64,000 nt of DNA from the human T2T-CHM13v2.0 reference genome, Homo sapiens, in NCBI RefSeq assembly GCF_009914755.1, contig NC_060935.1. The stretch is one strand, 5' to 3'. Under the pieces are notes generated by a model. The model was given only the letters and a program-made list of their open reading frames with translations, did not search any database and was not told the DNA's origin. The position numbers and the translations under genes are program-made. Below are positions 12,921-25,314 of this stretch, one piece after another; positions within the stretch are counted from its first letter, which is position 1, and every line of letters starts with the position of its first letter.

Positions 12921-13200
12921 CAAACCATTATTGCTATCACTCACAATTAAATTAACAACCATCTATGATTCAATTCTAACTGGATCTTCTAATACCCAAT
13001 ACACATTCAATTTTCCCAGTTTTCTCCAAAAAAATCTTTTAGCACTTGGTTTATTGGAATCAAGATCCAAACCAAAATTACATTCGATTGATCTACCTCT
13101 TGAGTCTAATCTTTTAATCTCTAATAATTTTCCCTCTCCCCTCTTTTTACCCAATTCCATTGATTTGAAGACCCTGGGTCAGTCATTTGTTCTATAGCAG
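12400..13200 (-). mobile_element. Old L1 (L1MC/ME) fragments
   Basis: ttacactaccagcaacaatg; gaacctctgcatacccatcacccagc..aataattatcagcatt. Confidence 0.55.
12886..12918 (+). repeat. (CA)n microsatellite
   Basis: Direct reading. Confidence 0.95.
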
Positions 13201-13762
13201 GTTTTCTATTCCTCATTTGACTGATGTACCCCTGTGGTATGCTGAACAGGCTCCTCCCTCCTCCCACCCCCACCCCCATCCCCACAAGGAGCTAGCTGGC
13301 AGAGGCTCCATTAGATTGTTTCAGTTAAAGTAGTTGAACTCTTGAAATGACTTTTTAAATGCCACCTGGAAAATATTTAAAGAATCTAAACCAGTCTTAA
13401 GAACCCAATTAAATATCATGGTAAGTGGTTGTTAACACCTCACCTAGTTAGGGGCAGAAATAAAACCCTTTTGTCTGCACTGGGTGAATTCCACTAGAAG
13501 CCAGCTGGAGATGAAACAGGAGGGTGGTATGAAACCTTTAAATCACAAGTTAAAGTGGAGTGGAAAAATGACTTAATGAATTTTCTGACTCTGTGCCCCC
13601 AGTTGGGGCCATTGGACAAGCAGAATAATTCTTGTATACAGGTAGCTATTAATTTAACACAACCTGTGGAAGCAGTCTCTGTTTCATTTACACTGTGAGG
13701 AGGAAATACTTCTCCTTTACCTTCTTACATTCAGTAATTGAGGAACTGCAAATGAAACTGAC

Positions 13763-14655
13763 TGTAAACCAAAAATAAAACTCTAAGATGCCCACCGAAC
13801 TGAATGGACCTCTCCTCTCTTCCAAGGGGATTCCAGGGTAAACCTGAAAAACTAGTTCATGCCATGATGGGAATCGGGGTGTTGGACATGCCTTATTTTA
13901 CCCTCCTCCCTTTGGAATTTCAGGCACAACCAATCAGCATTAACATTCAAACAGAGATCCTAAGACTGACAAAACAGACTCTTTGTAACAATAAGATTCC
14001 AAATTCCAACCTGAGTCTAGTATAGCATCACATGACAGCAGGCCCTGAAAGAAATTATTTTACCCAAAATATATTTCTTTGACATATTTTGGAATATCCC
14101 TGCAAAATTCTCTCTTGTAGGAGAAATTTACATTCTCCAGAGAATCCTCTTCCCTTTCCAGGTCTTTTTCTGATTCTCAAGAGATTAAGTGAGAATCTAG
14201 CACTTTTAAAGGTCTGAATAGAAATCACTGGTCATCTATTTCCTCTAAGCATAGTCACCTATGAGAATTCTTCTACATAATAAGAACCTTAGACTCCACA
14301 ATCCCTTATCTTAACCCTGACACTCCTTTCTATTGACTCCAGGTCTTTAGATAATAACTCTTTCAACCAACTGCCAATCAGAAAATCTCTGAATCTACTT
14401 ATGACCTGGAGGTACCCCTGTCGGCAACCCCTGTCCCAACTTCAAGTTTTCCTGCCTTTCTGGATTGAACCAACGTACACCTTACACTTACTGATTGATG
14501 TCTGCCTGTAGCATTTTCCAAAATCGAGCTGTAACCCAATCTCCCTGGGTACATGTTCTCAGGACCTCTTGGGGTTGTCACAGATCATGGTCCTTACATT
14601 TGGCTCAGAATAAATCTCTTGAAATATGTTACAGAGTTTGCCTTTTCTGTCAACA
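13763..14655 (+). mobile_element. MER4D-like ERV1 solo LTR
   Basis: tgtaaaccaaaaataaaactctaag...cagaataaatctc...gtcaaca; 893 bp; 4-bp TSD TGAC at 13759-13762 and 14656-14659. Confidence 0.85.
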
Positions 14656-14857
14656 TGACAAAAGACAGATTAGCAATATTCATGTATGTACATGAAGCTC
14701 ACAGAAAAATGTGACTTTAAAAAGCAGTTAGAATTTGGGGTCTTATACTATCACAATAGGGGAAAGAGGGAGAGAAGAACACTTATGGGGAAACAAATGA
14801 CTTTTAGGAAAGATAAATGGACTCAGAAATATGAGTGGGAAATATCAGTTTTGAGGC

Positions 14858-15238
14858 TGATATGGTTTGGATTTGTGTCCCTGCCCAAATCTTATGTCCA
14901 ATTGTAATCCCCAATGTTGGAGGTGGGGCCTGGTGAGAGGTGATTGATCATGGGGGCGCATTTACCCCTTTGGTGCTGTTCTTGTGATAGAGTTCCCACA
15001 AGATTTGGTTGTTTAAAAGTGAGTGGCAACTCAGCCCTCTCTCTCTTTTTCTCCTGCACCAGCCATGTGGAGTGCCTTGCTCCCTCTTTGTTTTCCACCA
15101 TGATTGAAAGGTTCCTGAGGCCCCCTCAGAAGCTGAGCAGATGCCAACATCATGCTTCCTATACAGCCTGTGGAACCATGAGCCAATCAGATCTTTTTTC
15201 TTTAGAAATTACCCAGTCTCAGGTATTTCTTTAATACA
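14858..15238 (+). mobile_element. MSTA MaLR LTR
   Basis: tgatatggtttggatttgtgtccc...ttacccagtctcaggtatttctttaataca; TSD gaggc/gtggc. Confidence 0.85.
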
Positions 15239-17384
15239 GTGGCAGTATATGTTTTTCCCGATGCCAACTTCTCATCTCCAGTGATAGGAATCTATCTTCC
15301 TGGGTTGCAAAACTCCCACAGAGGGCATTAATGGCTATCAAATTTCTTTAGGAGGCTCTGCTTTTAGGCAGATGAGGGATGTTCAGAAAAAATACTCTTT
15401 ATAGTGGTATATTCTGGTTCTCTTCATTCCCTCATCTGAAACTTCCCTAGAAATGTCACAGATAAGGAGCAGAATTATTTAATTGCCCCATATTCCATTT
15501 AACCAGTCTTCCAATCCTGGGAAAGGTTACACGTTTGTAAATCATTTCAGGAGGCAGTGGTGCAGGTGGGAGTTAGGCCTTTATGTGCTGGAAACCATCA
15601 GGTATTTAGTAAAGGGCATTTCTATGGAGACAAAACAAAAACAAAGATTAATGGTTGAAGCAGACAATAAACTCATTTTTTTTCTTTTTTTCTTTAAGTC
15701 TAGAGTGCAGCCAGTCAAGAAGATTTCTAGAAATTGGGCCCAAAGTGTCTTTGGATGATGAAATGAGGATGACAGTGGCAATGTTATCGTCATGGTTATT
15801 TCCTTGAGCATGGCATGGAAGATGAGGTGTTCTAGTGAACTTTCTCACTGGACCAAACTGTTGTGATAAATCCTTTGAAGTTATATCAATCCATCCAGTT
15901 TCAACTTCCAGAGCTTCGGGAAAAGGGCAGTTTTAGCTCTCAAGTCAGGAAGGTGGGAGAAAAATTGGAAACATTAATTACTGAAAAAATGTGTAAAAGA
16001 GCAGGATCCTATTTACATTGAGATAAAAACAGCTCAAAGACAATGAATAGGACTGGAATCTGATAACCCACAGGGTGAGTCATAGTTTTCCACTGCATAT
16101 AAAATTTCTTTCTACAATTATTCCCATTTTGCTCAAAGATAATCAAAGTAAGATTACCCTTGTTTATAAATAAGTCATCTCATTAAATATGGCCTGGTCA
16201 TTTATTTGCATAAGTGCAGCAAAAATGGTAATTGACCATACAAACTTTTAAAAATGTGCTTTATTGGAACTTTTATAATGAACCTCATATTGGACCTTTA
16301 AAAGCCTTTGAGGCAAAAAGTCAAGCCAAGAGCTTGCTATCAGACTTCACTTGTAGTCCCTATAGATTTGGGTGAATTCCTATCTTCTTGAGGTCTTCAA
16401 AACATACAGTTTCCTGAGACTGCCACAAAAGTGACCTTCATTACTCATCTGTAAGGCTGGGAACCCTGTAGTCCAGGAACCAGGTCTATTTTTCCAAGAC
16501 GGCTTTTTAAAGCATTGACTCCATAAAGTCAAACTTAGTTGTTAAAATATTGGTCATATCTGATTCAAGGCACATCAGTCTCAAATATGACAATTTAGTC
16601 AAAGCCTTCATAATATAACCTATGTTTCCAATTATTTCTTGTTTCAAGGGGAAGAGATTTTTATTAAACTTACGCAAATAGCTGTATTGCCATGAAAATA
16701 AGAATACTCAATAAGAGTTTCTGAATTCTGCAGGGCTTATAGAGAGAAAAAGATGAATGTTTCATTTTTGTTTACAGACATATAATCTACTAAATTGCTG
16801 TAAGTATAGAGAGTTTAAGAGAAAAGAGAAAGGGGTTCCTTATATCCCCAGAAAATAGAACATTAGAGAACTAACAATATTCCAAACAAAAAGGCCACAA
16901 AAATTTTAACTCTTCTTCATCAATTCATTTAGTCCTATGCAATTCATTTTTGTTTTGCTTGATCTTAGCAGTTTAATGAACCCCTATCTCCTCTATTAGT
17001 TCTGGAAATCTTAACTCAGTCTAGTGGTATAATCATCAAGTTACTTAGGTAATGTAATTAGAAACCTGTACTTCTGAGTACTTGTCATATCCCTTTCCGT
17101 GGGTCTTGAGAGAGGCCCTTTTGTTAAACATGAAGCACTTTGCCCAGTTGCTGATTGTAAAATCATTCAAGGAGTCATTAGAGTAAAACAGTAATTATCT
17201 GTTGATGACAAAAGACTTAAAATGGCTGTGGTTAAAGGTATGATGAGAGTTCATTATAATGTAATTGATAAGAAAATTTCATTGTCTCTGTGACATATTA
17301 ATACAACATTTAGAGACAATAGCTAGAATTATGACTGATAACATTTGCCAGGACATATTACGGACAGCAAGGACATTGACAGAT

Positions 17385-17686
17385 TTTTGTTTGTTTGTTT
17401 TTTTGAGATGGAGTTTCACTCTTGTTGTGTAGGCCGGTGTTAGAGGTGTGATCTCGGCTCATTGCAACCTTCACCTCCTGGGTTCAAGTGATTCTCTTGC
17501 CTCAGCTTCCTGAGTAGCTGGGATTACAGACGTCCACCACCCTGCCTGGCTAATTTTTGTATTTTTAGTAGAGATGGGGTTACACCATGTTGGCCAGGCT
17601 AGTCTTGAACTCCCGACCTCAATTGATCCTCCTGCCTTGGCCTCCTAAAGTGCTGGGATTACAGGCATGAGCCACCACACCTGGTC
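17385..17686 (-). mobile_element. AluS (Sp/Sq-like)
   Basis: Full dimer; TSD acattgacagattt at 17373 and 17688. Confidence 0.92.
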
Positions 17687-18489
17687 CACATTGACAGATT
17701 TCTAAGAACATTATACATTTCTGAAATATTTATATTAATAACATATACCCATACTAATATAACATAGAGACAGTTAAGAATCCCTTTTTATTTGACATGC
17801 TTCATAGGCAATTTAGAATGTCAAATAACCTAATTTGTTTAACATCTCTCTTTTTACAAGGCAAGAGAATAAATTCTTTCAGATTTTTCAGGCGCTGTCT
17901 TGATCTCAAAATCAGTTTGAAGTTAAGAAGAATTCATTTAGAATTGCATTTGGAAAGTTGTCAAAAATGTCAAAAAGTTTGAACACTTGATGAAATAGAA
18001 TCATAGGTCATTTAGAAAAAAAGATTTGGTTCTCTTAAATAATCAAAAACATGATAAAGATAACATAAAGCATAGGAAATTATTCTGATAAGACAGAGAA
18101 TCCTTGTTTCCTCAGTAGATTATTCAAAAAGTAAAAGAAAAACAAACTTTCATAACTTCCTACTAAGAGCAGAACAATAATCCAAGAAACTTTATCCTTT
18201 TAAGAGAGAATGGCAAACTCTAGTTTAGCATTGAAATGCTATTGATATTAAAACTCATTTTCAAACCTTATAATAAATCCATTCAATGTTAGCCAGATTG
18301 ACCATGAATTAAACTGTGAGCTAAGCTGAAAAAAGAGATTAGCAAGAGAAAAGACAGATTTTTATTCATGTATATCCACGAGTTCATAGAAAAATGTGAT
18401 TCAAAGAGGTGGTTATAATTTGGAGCTTGTATTAGTCAGGGTTCTCCAGAAAAACAGAATGTGTCTATGTAGGTATATATATTTGGAAA

Positions 18490-18680
18490 TGAAGTTCCAA
18501 ACCATAAGTGTCACTCCTTACAAGCTGTTTGACGTTGGATAGGTTACTTAACCTTTCCGGGTCTTAGTTTCTTTACCTGTAAAATGCAGAAAACCACAGG
18601 ATTGTTGTGAGGATGAAATAAAAAATCATTCACCTAAAGCTCTTAGTCTAGTTCTTGGCTTTAGACGGGTTCATTCTTAT
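18490..18680 (+). mobile_element. MIR SINE
   Basis: ggttacttaacctt...agtttctttacctgtaaaatg...gttgtgaggatgaaat. Confidence 0.7.
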
Positions 18681-19132
18681 TTAAGTCCTTTAATTTTTAT
18701 CTCCCCTGGATTTGAAGTTAAAAGGAGGTACACACAGAAATCAATAACAATAATAATTTAATTAGTATTAACAAAAATGTAATAGCATTACAAAAAAAAC
18801 CCATGAATGCCAACACCATCATTTGTACATCCTCTTTCCTTCTGCCTAAAATGCCCTCTTCCACAACAAAACAAAGATACAAACAACCAAACCAGCAAAA
18901 CTGTAGGTTTGCCATAGCTGAAGCTGCAGCTGTTGCCAGTTCTCCTCCGTGTGACTTTGGCATCTTGGGGACAAAGAGAGCGGTAGTTGGGAGTATTCTC
19001 TGGCATTAAATAAGCCTTGTTCTGAGACCCTGTTAATCTACTATATAACCTGAGTGATTTTCTTAACCCTCCTTACCTAATTTATCATGGAATCCTACAT
19101 CCATTATCTCCTAAATGTCTCACCAATCCATC

Positions 19133-19549
19133 TGCTATGGTTTGGACATTTGTCCCCTCCAAATCTCATGTTGAAATGTGATCCCCAGTGGTGGAGGTGG
19201 GGCCTGGTGGGAGGTGTTTTGGTCATGGGAGTGGACCCCTCATGACTGGCTTTGTGACCTTCCCTTGGTGATGAGTGAGTTCTCACTCTATTAGTTCATG
19301 TGAGAGCTCGTTGTTTAAAGAGCCTGGCACCTCCTCCTCCTGCTGTTGCTCCCTCTCTCGCCATGTGATATGCCTGCTCCCCTTTGCCTCTCACAATGAG
19401 TGGAAGCTTGCTGAGGCCTCATCAGGAGCAGGTGCTGGCACTATACTTCTTGTACAGCTTGCAGAACCATGAACCAAATAAACCTCTTTTCTTTATAAAT
19501 TACCCAGTCTTGGGTGTTCCTTTATAGCAATGTAAAATGGACTAATAAA
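19133..19549 (+). mobile_element. MSTB MaLR LTR
   Basis: tgctatggtttggacatttgtcccctccaaatctcatgttgaaat...tttatagcaatgtaaaatggactaata; TSD ccatc/ccatt. Confidence 0.85.
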
Positions 19550-19664
19550 CCATTCATTTTTCTCCATGTCCACTGCCTTTCCCTACTCCAATCTACCATC
19601 ATCTGTTGTCTGAACTACAGGAGTCTCCTAACTGGTCTTCCTCTTTCTTCCTTGTTTTCTATAT

Positions 19665-20880
19665 TCAATAGAATTTAGCTTTGGCTAAGAGTGATAGCAA
19701 ATCCAAAATAATGTGGCTTAAGGACAACTTAAAATTTTATTTTTTACTCATATAAAAATCCAGGTAGCCTATTGAGAACCCATTAGAATGTCTAAAATTC
19801 AAAAGACTGACAATACCAGGTATTGGGAAGATCTGGAGCAAATGGCACTCCTATTCGCTGCTCGTGGGGATGGAAAATGACACACTTACTTTGAAAAACT
19901 GGCTGTTTCCCATATTGCTAAACATACACCTACCATACGACCTGGCCATTCCACTCCCAGGTATTCTCCCAGAGAAATGAAGCATACATCTATATAAAGA
20001 CTGTATGTAAATGTTCACATTTATGTACACAATAGCCCCAAACAGTAAACAACCCAAATGTCCATTGACTGCTGAGTGGATTAAATGAAGTGTGGCACAA
20101 CCATACAACAGAATACAACTCAGTCATAAAAAAGCATGAACTATTTATAGAACAGCATGGATTAATCTCAAAATAGTTATGCTGAATGGAAGCAGCTAGA
20201 CACAGAAGAGTGTGTCACATATGAGTCAGTTTATAGAAAGCTATAGAAAATGAGAAATAGTCTGTGACAGAAAGTGGATCAGCGATTGCCTCATTCTGGG
20301 TGTGGGGTTGGGGATGAATTGCAAAAGGGCATGGAAATCTTCTGGGAATGGTAGAAATGTTCTGAACTTTGGTTGTGTTGGTAGTTGCACAGTTGTATAC
20401 AACTGCCAGAACAAATCAAATTGTACACTTTAAATGGATGCAGGGGTTTATTGTATATAAAAAGTGTATGTAGATTATAGCTCAATAAATTAAAAAGTAA
20501 AAGGAGCTGTCCAAGGCTAGTAAAGCAGTCCACACTGTCAAGAACCCAGGATCCCCTTTTTGTGCTGCTCCTGCACAACAGGCTTCATCCTCATGGTCCA
20601 AGATGGGTAGCATCTGGTTTCCAGGCTGCACCATGGAGGAAGGGCCAAAGAAAACGAAGAGCACATGGGAGTCTCTTAGAAGCCCCTCCCACTTGGCAAT
20701 TCTTCTCACATGCCATTGGCCATCTTCTAGTCACAGAGACACACCTACTGCAAAGGAGGCTGGGAAATGTAGTCTTTATCCTGGATGGTGGTCTTGGGTC
20801 CCGGGGAAATTTCATGACTGTGGGAGAAAGGAAAAATGGATACTGAGGGACAATTAGCAGGTATTTTTGACACTGCCACT
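19665..20880 (-). mobile_element. MLT1J-like LTR split by an L1 insertion
   Basis: aatccaaaataatgtggcttaa (left); catggtccaagatgg...cacatgccattggcca...gcaaaggaggctgggaaatgtagtcttt (right). Confidence 0.6.
19775..20495 (+). mobile_element. L1MB/MC 3' fragment
   Basis: attagaatgtctaaaattcaaaagactgacaatacc...aacaacccaaatgtccatt...tgtacactttaaatggatg; A-rich end. Confidence 0.8.
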
Positions 20881-21485
20881 TGTATCTGGTTTTCAAAATG
20901 TACATCTGATTGTATTTCCCTCTCTACTTAAAGTTCTTCTGTGGCTTTCCACTGGTCTCAGAATATAGTCCAAACAAGCTCCTGGCCATGGCCTCCAAGA
21001 ACCTGTGCAATCTGGCCCTTGCCTGCCTTGTACCTTACTCTTGACTAGTTCTGAACTCCACCAAGTATTTGCTGGCTTCAGCTCCTCTGGTACACCATCA
21101 AGGTTATTATTTACTCTATTTCAATTTGCTTGTAACCCTTTCCCCTCCCTCTTTGCCTGGTTAACCACTCTTTATCCTTTGGCTTTTGGTTGGTTGATCT
21201 AAACTCTTCAGCATAGGTCAGGCCTCCTTTTTGTTTTACACTTACCTTTTCTATGTAGCACTCCTCACAGTTCGTAATTTTATATTTGTGTGGTAATTTG
21301 ATTACATCTTCCTCATACACTAGACTGTAAGCTCCTTTTGTTCACCTTTGTATTCTGGAATCTAACTCAGTACTTAGCAAGGCAGAAGGAACTAAATAAA
21401 CTTTTGTTGAGTGATCAAATGAATGAATCCATTATATATAATTCATATTGTTAATTGATCTGAGGTTGCTAAGGAATAATTTTGT

Positions 21486-21539
21486 ACTTCCACTGAGCTC
21501 TGACTGCAAAACACTTCCACTGAGCTCTGACTGCAAAAC
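21486..21539 (+). repeat. Perfect 27-bp tandem duplication
   Basis: acttccactgagctctgactgcaaaac x2. Confidence 0.95.
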
Positions 21540-21670
21540 ACTCACTCACCCACTAATTATCTTTGTTAGGTATTGCTTTTGAAATGCTGAATAGTATTTC
21601 ATCTTATCATTTGATCTGTACCACCACCAAAAATGTTTATTTAAGTCTCCATCTATGTTTTGAGTGGAGA

Positions 21671-21945
21671 TTTTTTTTTTCTTTTAAGACAGAGTCTTAC
21701 TCTGTGGCCCAGGCTGGAGTGCAGTGGTGCAATGATGGCTCATTGTGGCCTCGACCTCAGCCTTTCTCCCAAGTAGCTGAAACTACAGGTGCACGCCATT
21801 ACGCCAGGCTAATTTTTGTATTTTTTGTAGAGACAGGGTTTCTCCACATTGCCAAGGCTGGTCTCGAGCTCTTGGGCTCAAGTGATCTGCCTGCCTCGAC
21901 CTCCCAAAGTGCTGGAATTATAGGCATGAGCCACCATGCTTGGCT
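21671..21945 (-). mobile_element. AluJ with internal deletion
   Basis: Diverged dimer with gggctcaagtgatc diagnostic. Confidence 0.88.
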
Positions 21946-22816
21946 GAGTAGAAACCTTTCTATAAATATTGTCTGCTTGGGTGGCAGTGTGTGTGTGTGT
22001 GGTGTTTGGGGGGTAATGTGAAATGAGTAAAGTTTGTGGAAATGAAAGTTACTGTACAGTTCATTAATGCCTGTTTTCCTATAAGGGAAATTTGAATTAT
22101 TTAGGGTAGAAACAGGACTGGTGTGCAGCAGGCTCCAGGGAAAGCAGCCACACCTTGTGATATGGTTATATTGTTCATTTAACTGGAGAAGTAGGGCTCT
22201 ATTGATCTACTCAAGGAGAAAAATTATTCTTGAGTACGTGGTATTTATTTAGAATGCAAATACAACATGGTCTACTTAAGTGGGAGCTTTGACAGGATAA
22301 TTATAGGATATTAATATAGATTCAAAAAACCATGTTCTCCATAGTGTGACTCACGGTTAGCCAACTATATAATAAGCAAAAGTGAAACGACTTTTCTTTA
22401 TAAATATTTTCTTATTCAAAGTTTTCTTCATTTATTCATTTACAAAGCTTTGCCGCAGTGAATCCTATTAGTGGGTTTTCTTATATTTTGAAATGGAAAT
22501 ACTCTGATTTAATCTTGTGTAAGCCGCAGAACATAGTCAAAGGAGTAACTGCATGACTTGGGGTGAAAACGGGAGGAGGCAGGCAGAACATGAGAGGGAA
22601 TGTGGCCATGAGGTTCGAGGAGAGAGCACCAGCCTGGACAACCCTTCTTCCCATGGGTACTTAGTGAGCTGCCTCAGACCCAGCACATCCAAATGTGGCT
22701 GATTTTGTATCACCCTCACCATTTTTGCCATATCTGCCAACCAACCAGGCATTGTTTACTTAAAAAATAGACTCTCTTTTTCAAACTTAAATGTATTTTA
22801 AAAAGAAAACTAATTG

Positions 22817-23108
22817 TTTTTTTTAATTTGAGATGAGGTCTGTGTTGCCCAGGCTAGAGTGCAGTGGCACGATCACAGCTCACTTGCAACCTCCTTCTCT
22901 TGGGCTCAAGCAATCCTCCCACCTCAGCCTCCCAAGTAGCTGGGACTGTAGGCATGCACCATCACACCCGGCTAATTTTTGCATTTTTAGTAGAGACTGA
23001 GTTTTGCCATGTTGCCCAGGCCAGTCTTGAGCTCCTGGGTTCAAGTGATCTGCCTGCCTCTGCCTCCCAAAGTGCTGGGATTACAGGCTTGAACCACCGC
23101 GCCTGGCC
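22817..23108 (-). mobile_element. AluJ
   Basis: Dimer with gatcacagctcac and gggctcaagcaatcctccc. Confidence 0.9.
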
Positions 23109-23752
23109 TTTTTTTTTTTTTTTTTTTTAAGGTATAATGCTAGCGCTGGTATGTCAGGGATTTTTCTGTGTTGCTCTCTGCTGTATTCCCCTAGTGCCTA
23201 ATCTAGTACCTGGTAGGTGCTTAAGTAATGTTTGTTGAATAAATAAACGTCATTCTCATCAATAGAAAAGCATGTATTTTTCTAAGATGTGTTATAAACA
23301 TATAGCTATTACAATTAAAAATGTCTGCTTCCCATTTAGAATCCTCTTGCATGCCACCTGTAATACACCTATGTACCATAGTTTTCTAAACTGCATAGCA
23401 ATTGTCACTGAAGAAATTATCTCATATCATTATTTACTTATTGGCTTTGTCCCTCATAGATGGGTACCTCTGTTTCTTAAGAGTTTTGTCGACCTCTGTA
23501 TCCTGAGCATCTAGCACTGTGTGGGGGCACATTACAGGTATACTACAAACATATATAAATAAATAAATATCTTTACAGTTATCCTGGCATGTAAATTATT
23601 ATCTCCATTATCATATAGATGAAGAAGAAACCAAGACATAGAGGAGTTAGGCCATAAAGGTTGTTGCTAAAAAGCAACAACCTTTTCAACATTTTCAAAA
23701 TGCATTGTATTTGCCACGGTCGCTGGGTCATGGGTCATTCCCCCATGGGTCA

Positions 23753-24093
23753 TCCCCCCAAAATTAATAACCCCCAATGCAATAGTATTAAGAAGGAGGG
23801 CCTTTCAGAGGTGATTAGGCCATGAGGACTCCATCCTCCTGAATGGGATTAGTGCTCCTACAAAAGGGCTTAGAGAAGTCTACTTGCCCCTTCCGGCTTC
23901 TCTCCTCTTCTGCCACGTGAGGACTCAGCAAAAGGTGCCATCTATGAAGCAGTGAGCAAGACTTCACCATCTAGCCCTCTAACATCTTGATCTTCAACTT
24001 CCCAGCCTCCAGAACTGTGAGCAATAAATGTATGCTCTTTGTAAATTACTCAGCCTAGGGCATTCTGTTACAGCATTCCAAATGGACTAAGAA
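23753..24093 (+). mobile_element. MLT1A/MSTD-like MaLR LTR, 5' end missing
   Basis: ggtgattaggccatgagg...cttcccagcctccagaactgtgagcaataaat...aatggactaaga. Confidence 0.8.
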
Positions 24094-24379
24094 AATTTTC
24101 TTGTGTATTTATGACTTTTTAAAATCCCAATTCTTAGAATGGTTTTACCTCCAAACAGGTTTCAGCACATGCTCATTTATTCTTCTTGCCTAAATGGCTG
24201 CACTCAACTTCCTCTCTGAGCTCTTAGCCTCCTTGCGTCCTTCCTGCACAGTTGCTGCCATATTGTTCCGCATGGTATCCTCCACACCACATATTCATCT
24301 TACAACCTGCCTGCTCCTAAACTTCCAATGGTTGCCTGCTGCTCCAGGACGAAAGTGTGAAGTCTTTGGCTTGCTCATC

Positions 24380-24760
24380 AGTTATGAATAATTTCAGGCA
24401 CAGGTTAAGATCCAAAATAATAATGGCTTATATCACAAAGAAGTTTCTTTAATGTGAAACAGTTCAGAGGTCAGATGTCCCAGGCTGATATATTCATCAG
24501 GGAGGTTGGTCCCTTTCTTTTCCTTTCATCATCTTTAACATTGTGCCTCATGATCTAAGATGGTGCCAAAGTTTCAGCCATTATGTTCACATTCCAGAAT
24601 TTGTGCATAGGACTTTCCTTTAAGTCTTATTCTTTAGAACTTTGTCACGTGGCCATACCCAGCTACCAGTAAGGCTGATAAATACAGTCTATGCTAGGAA
24701 AATAAATTAGATGTCTTGTTAAAAAGGAAGAAGGGGAGACATCTAGTAGTCTCTACCATA
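24380..24760 (-). mobile_element. MLT1J-like LTR within L2
   Basis: ccaaaataataatggctta...catgatctaagatgg...tcacgtggccatacccagct. Confidence 0.55.
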
Positions 24761-25314
24761 GCCTGGCATTGAAGGCCTTTCTCAATCAAGTATCAACCCA
24801 GCTTTTCAGGTTTCCTTTACTTACTTGCAGTTCTTAATACTCTATCCCCATTGAGCTCCTTTGTTCACAGTCTCTAAAACACACCTTGTATTTGTCACTT
24901 TCTCTCCATTCATTCACCCCGCTTGAAATGCTTTCTTGCTTGACATCCAAGCTGTAATTTTGTTTCCATGATTCTTTCCCGTAATTGCTGGAATCTGAAA
25001 TGACTTCTGACGTGGCACTCTTCTAGAAATGACCATGAGATCTCTTCAGATAATCACTCTCTTCTGCCTTGGATTTCTCTTCTTTGGATTAGTTGAAAAG
25101 CTAAAATCTTTCATTGTTAATTTTTTACACACTTAGATCTTACCCCTCACTTCAACCCCTCATTCTAGATTCCCTGACGGCAGGATCCCCTTATGTAGGG
25201 AATATTTATTGGCCTCATAGTTCACATGTGACATCGTGCTCTGTGTTGGGAATTTTGTATGGAATAAGATGTTGGACCACTCCTCAAAATCCTCATATTG
25301 CCTATGAAATCTGG

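Larger units (their letters stand above)
13693..18430 (-). mobile_element. Decayed MER4-group ERV1 provirus (LTR - internal - partial LTR) with nested MER4D, MSTA and Alu
   Basis: Related LTR-like blocks at 14656-14750 and 18330-18430 (gattagcaa...ttcatgtat...agaaaaatgtga...ttagaatttgg/ttataatttgg) flank AT-rich MER4-type internal sequence with no ORF. Confidence 0.55.
19095..21430 (+). mobile_element. L2 3' region split by MSTB, MLT1 and L1 insertions
   Basis: L2 pieces at 19095-19132, 19550-19660 and 20885-21430, the last ending in ttgttgagtga..aatgaatgaat. Confidence 0.65.

Noticed and set aside
23656-23686. Hairpin followed by T residues as an intrinsic terminator or pre-miRNA
   Set aside because: Eukaryotic context; a 13-bp stem is too short for a pre-miRNA; better explained as a fold-back scar.
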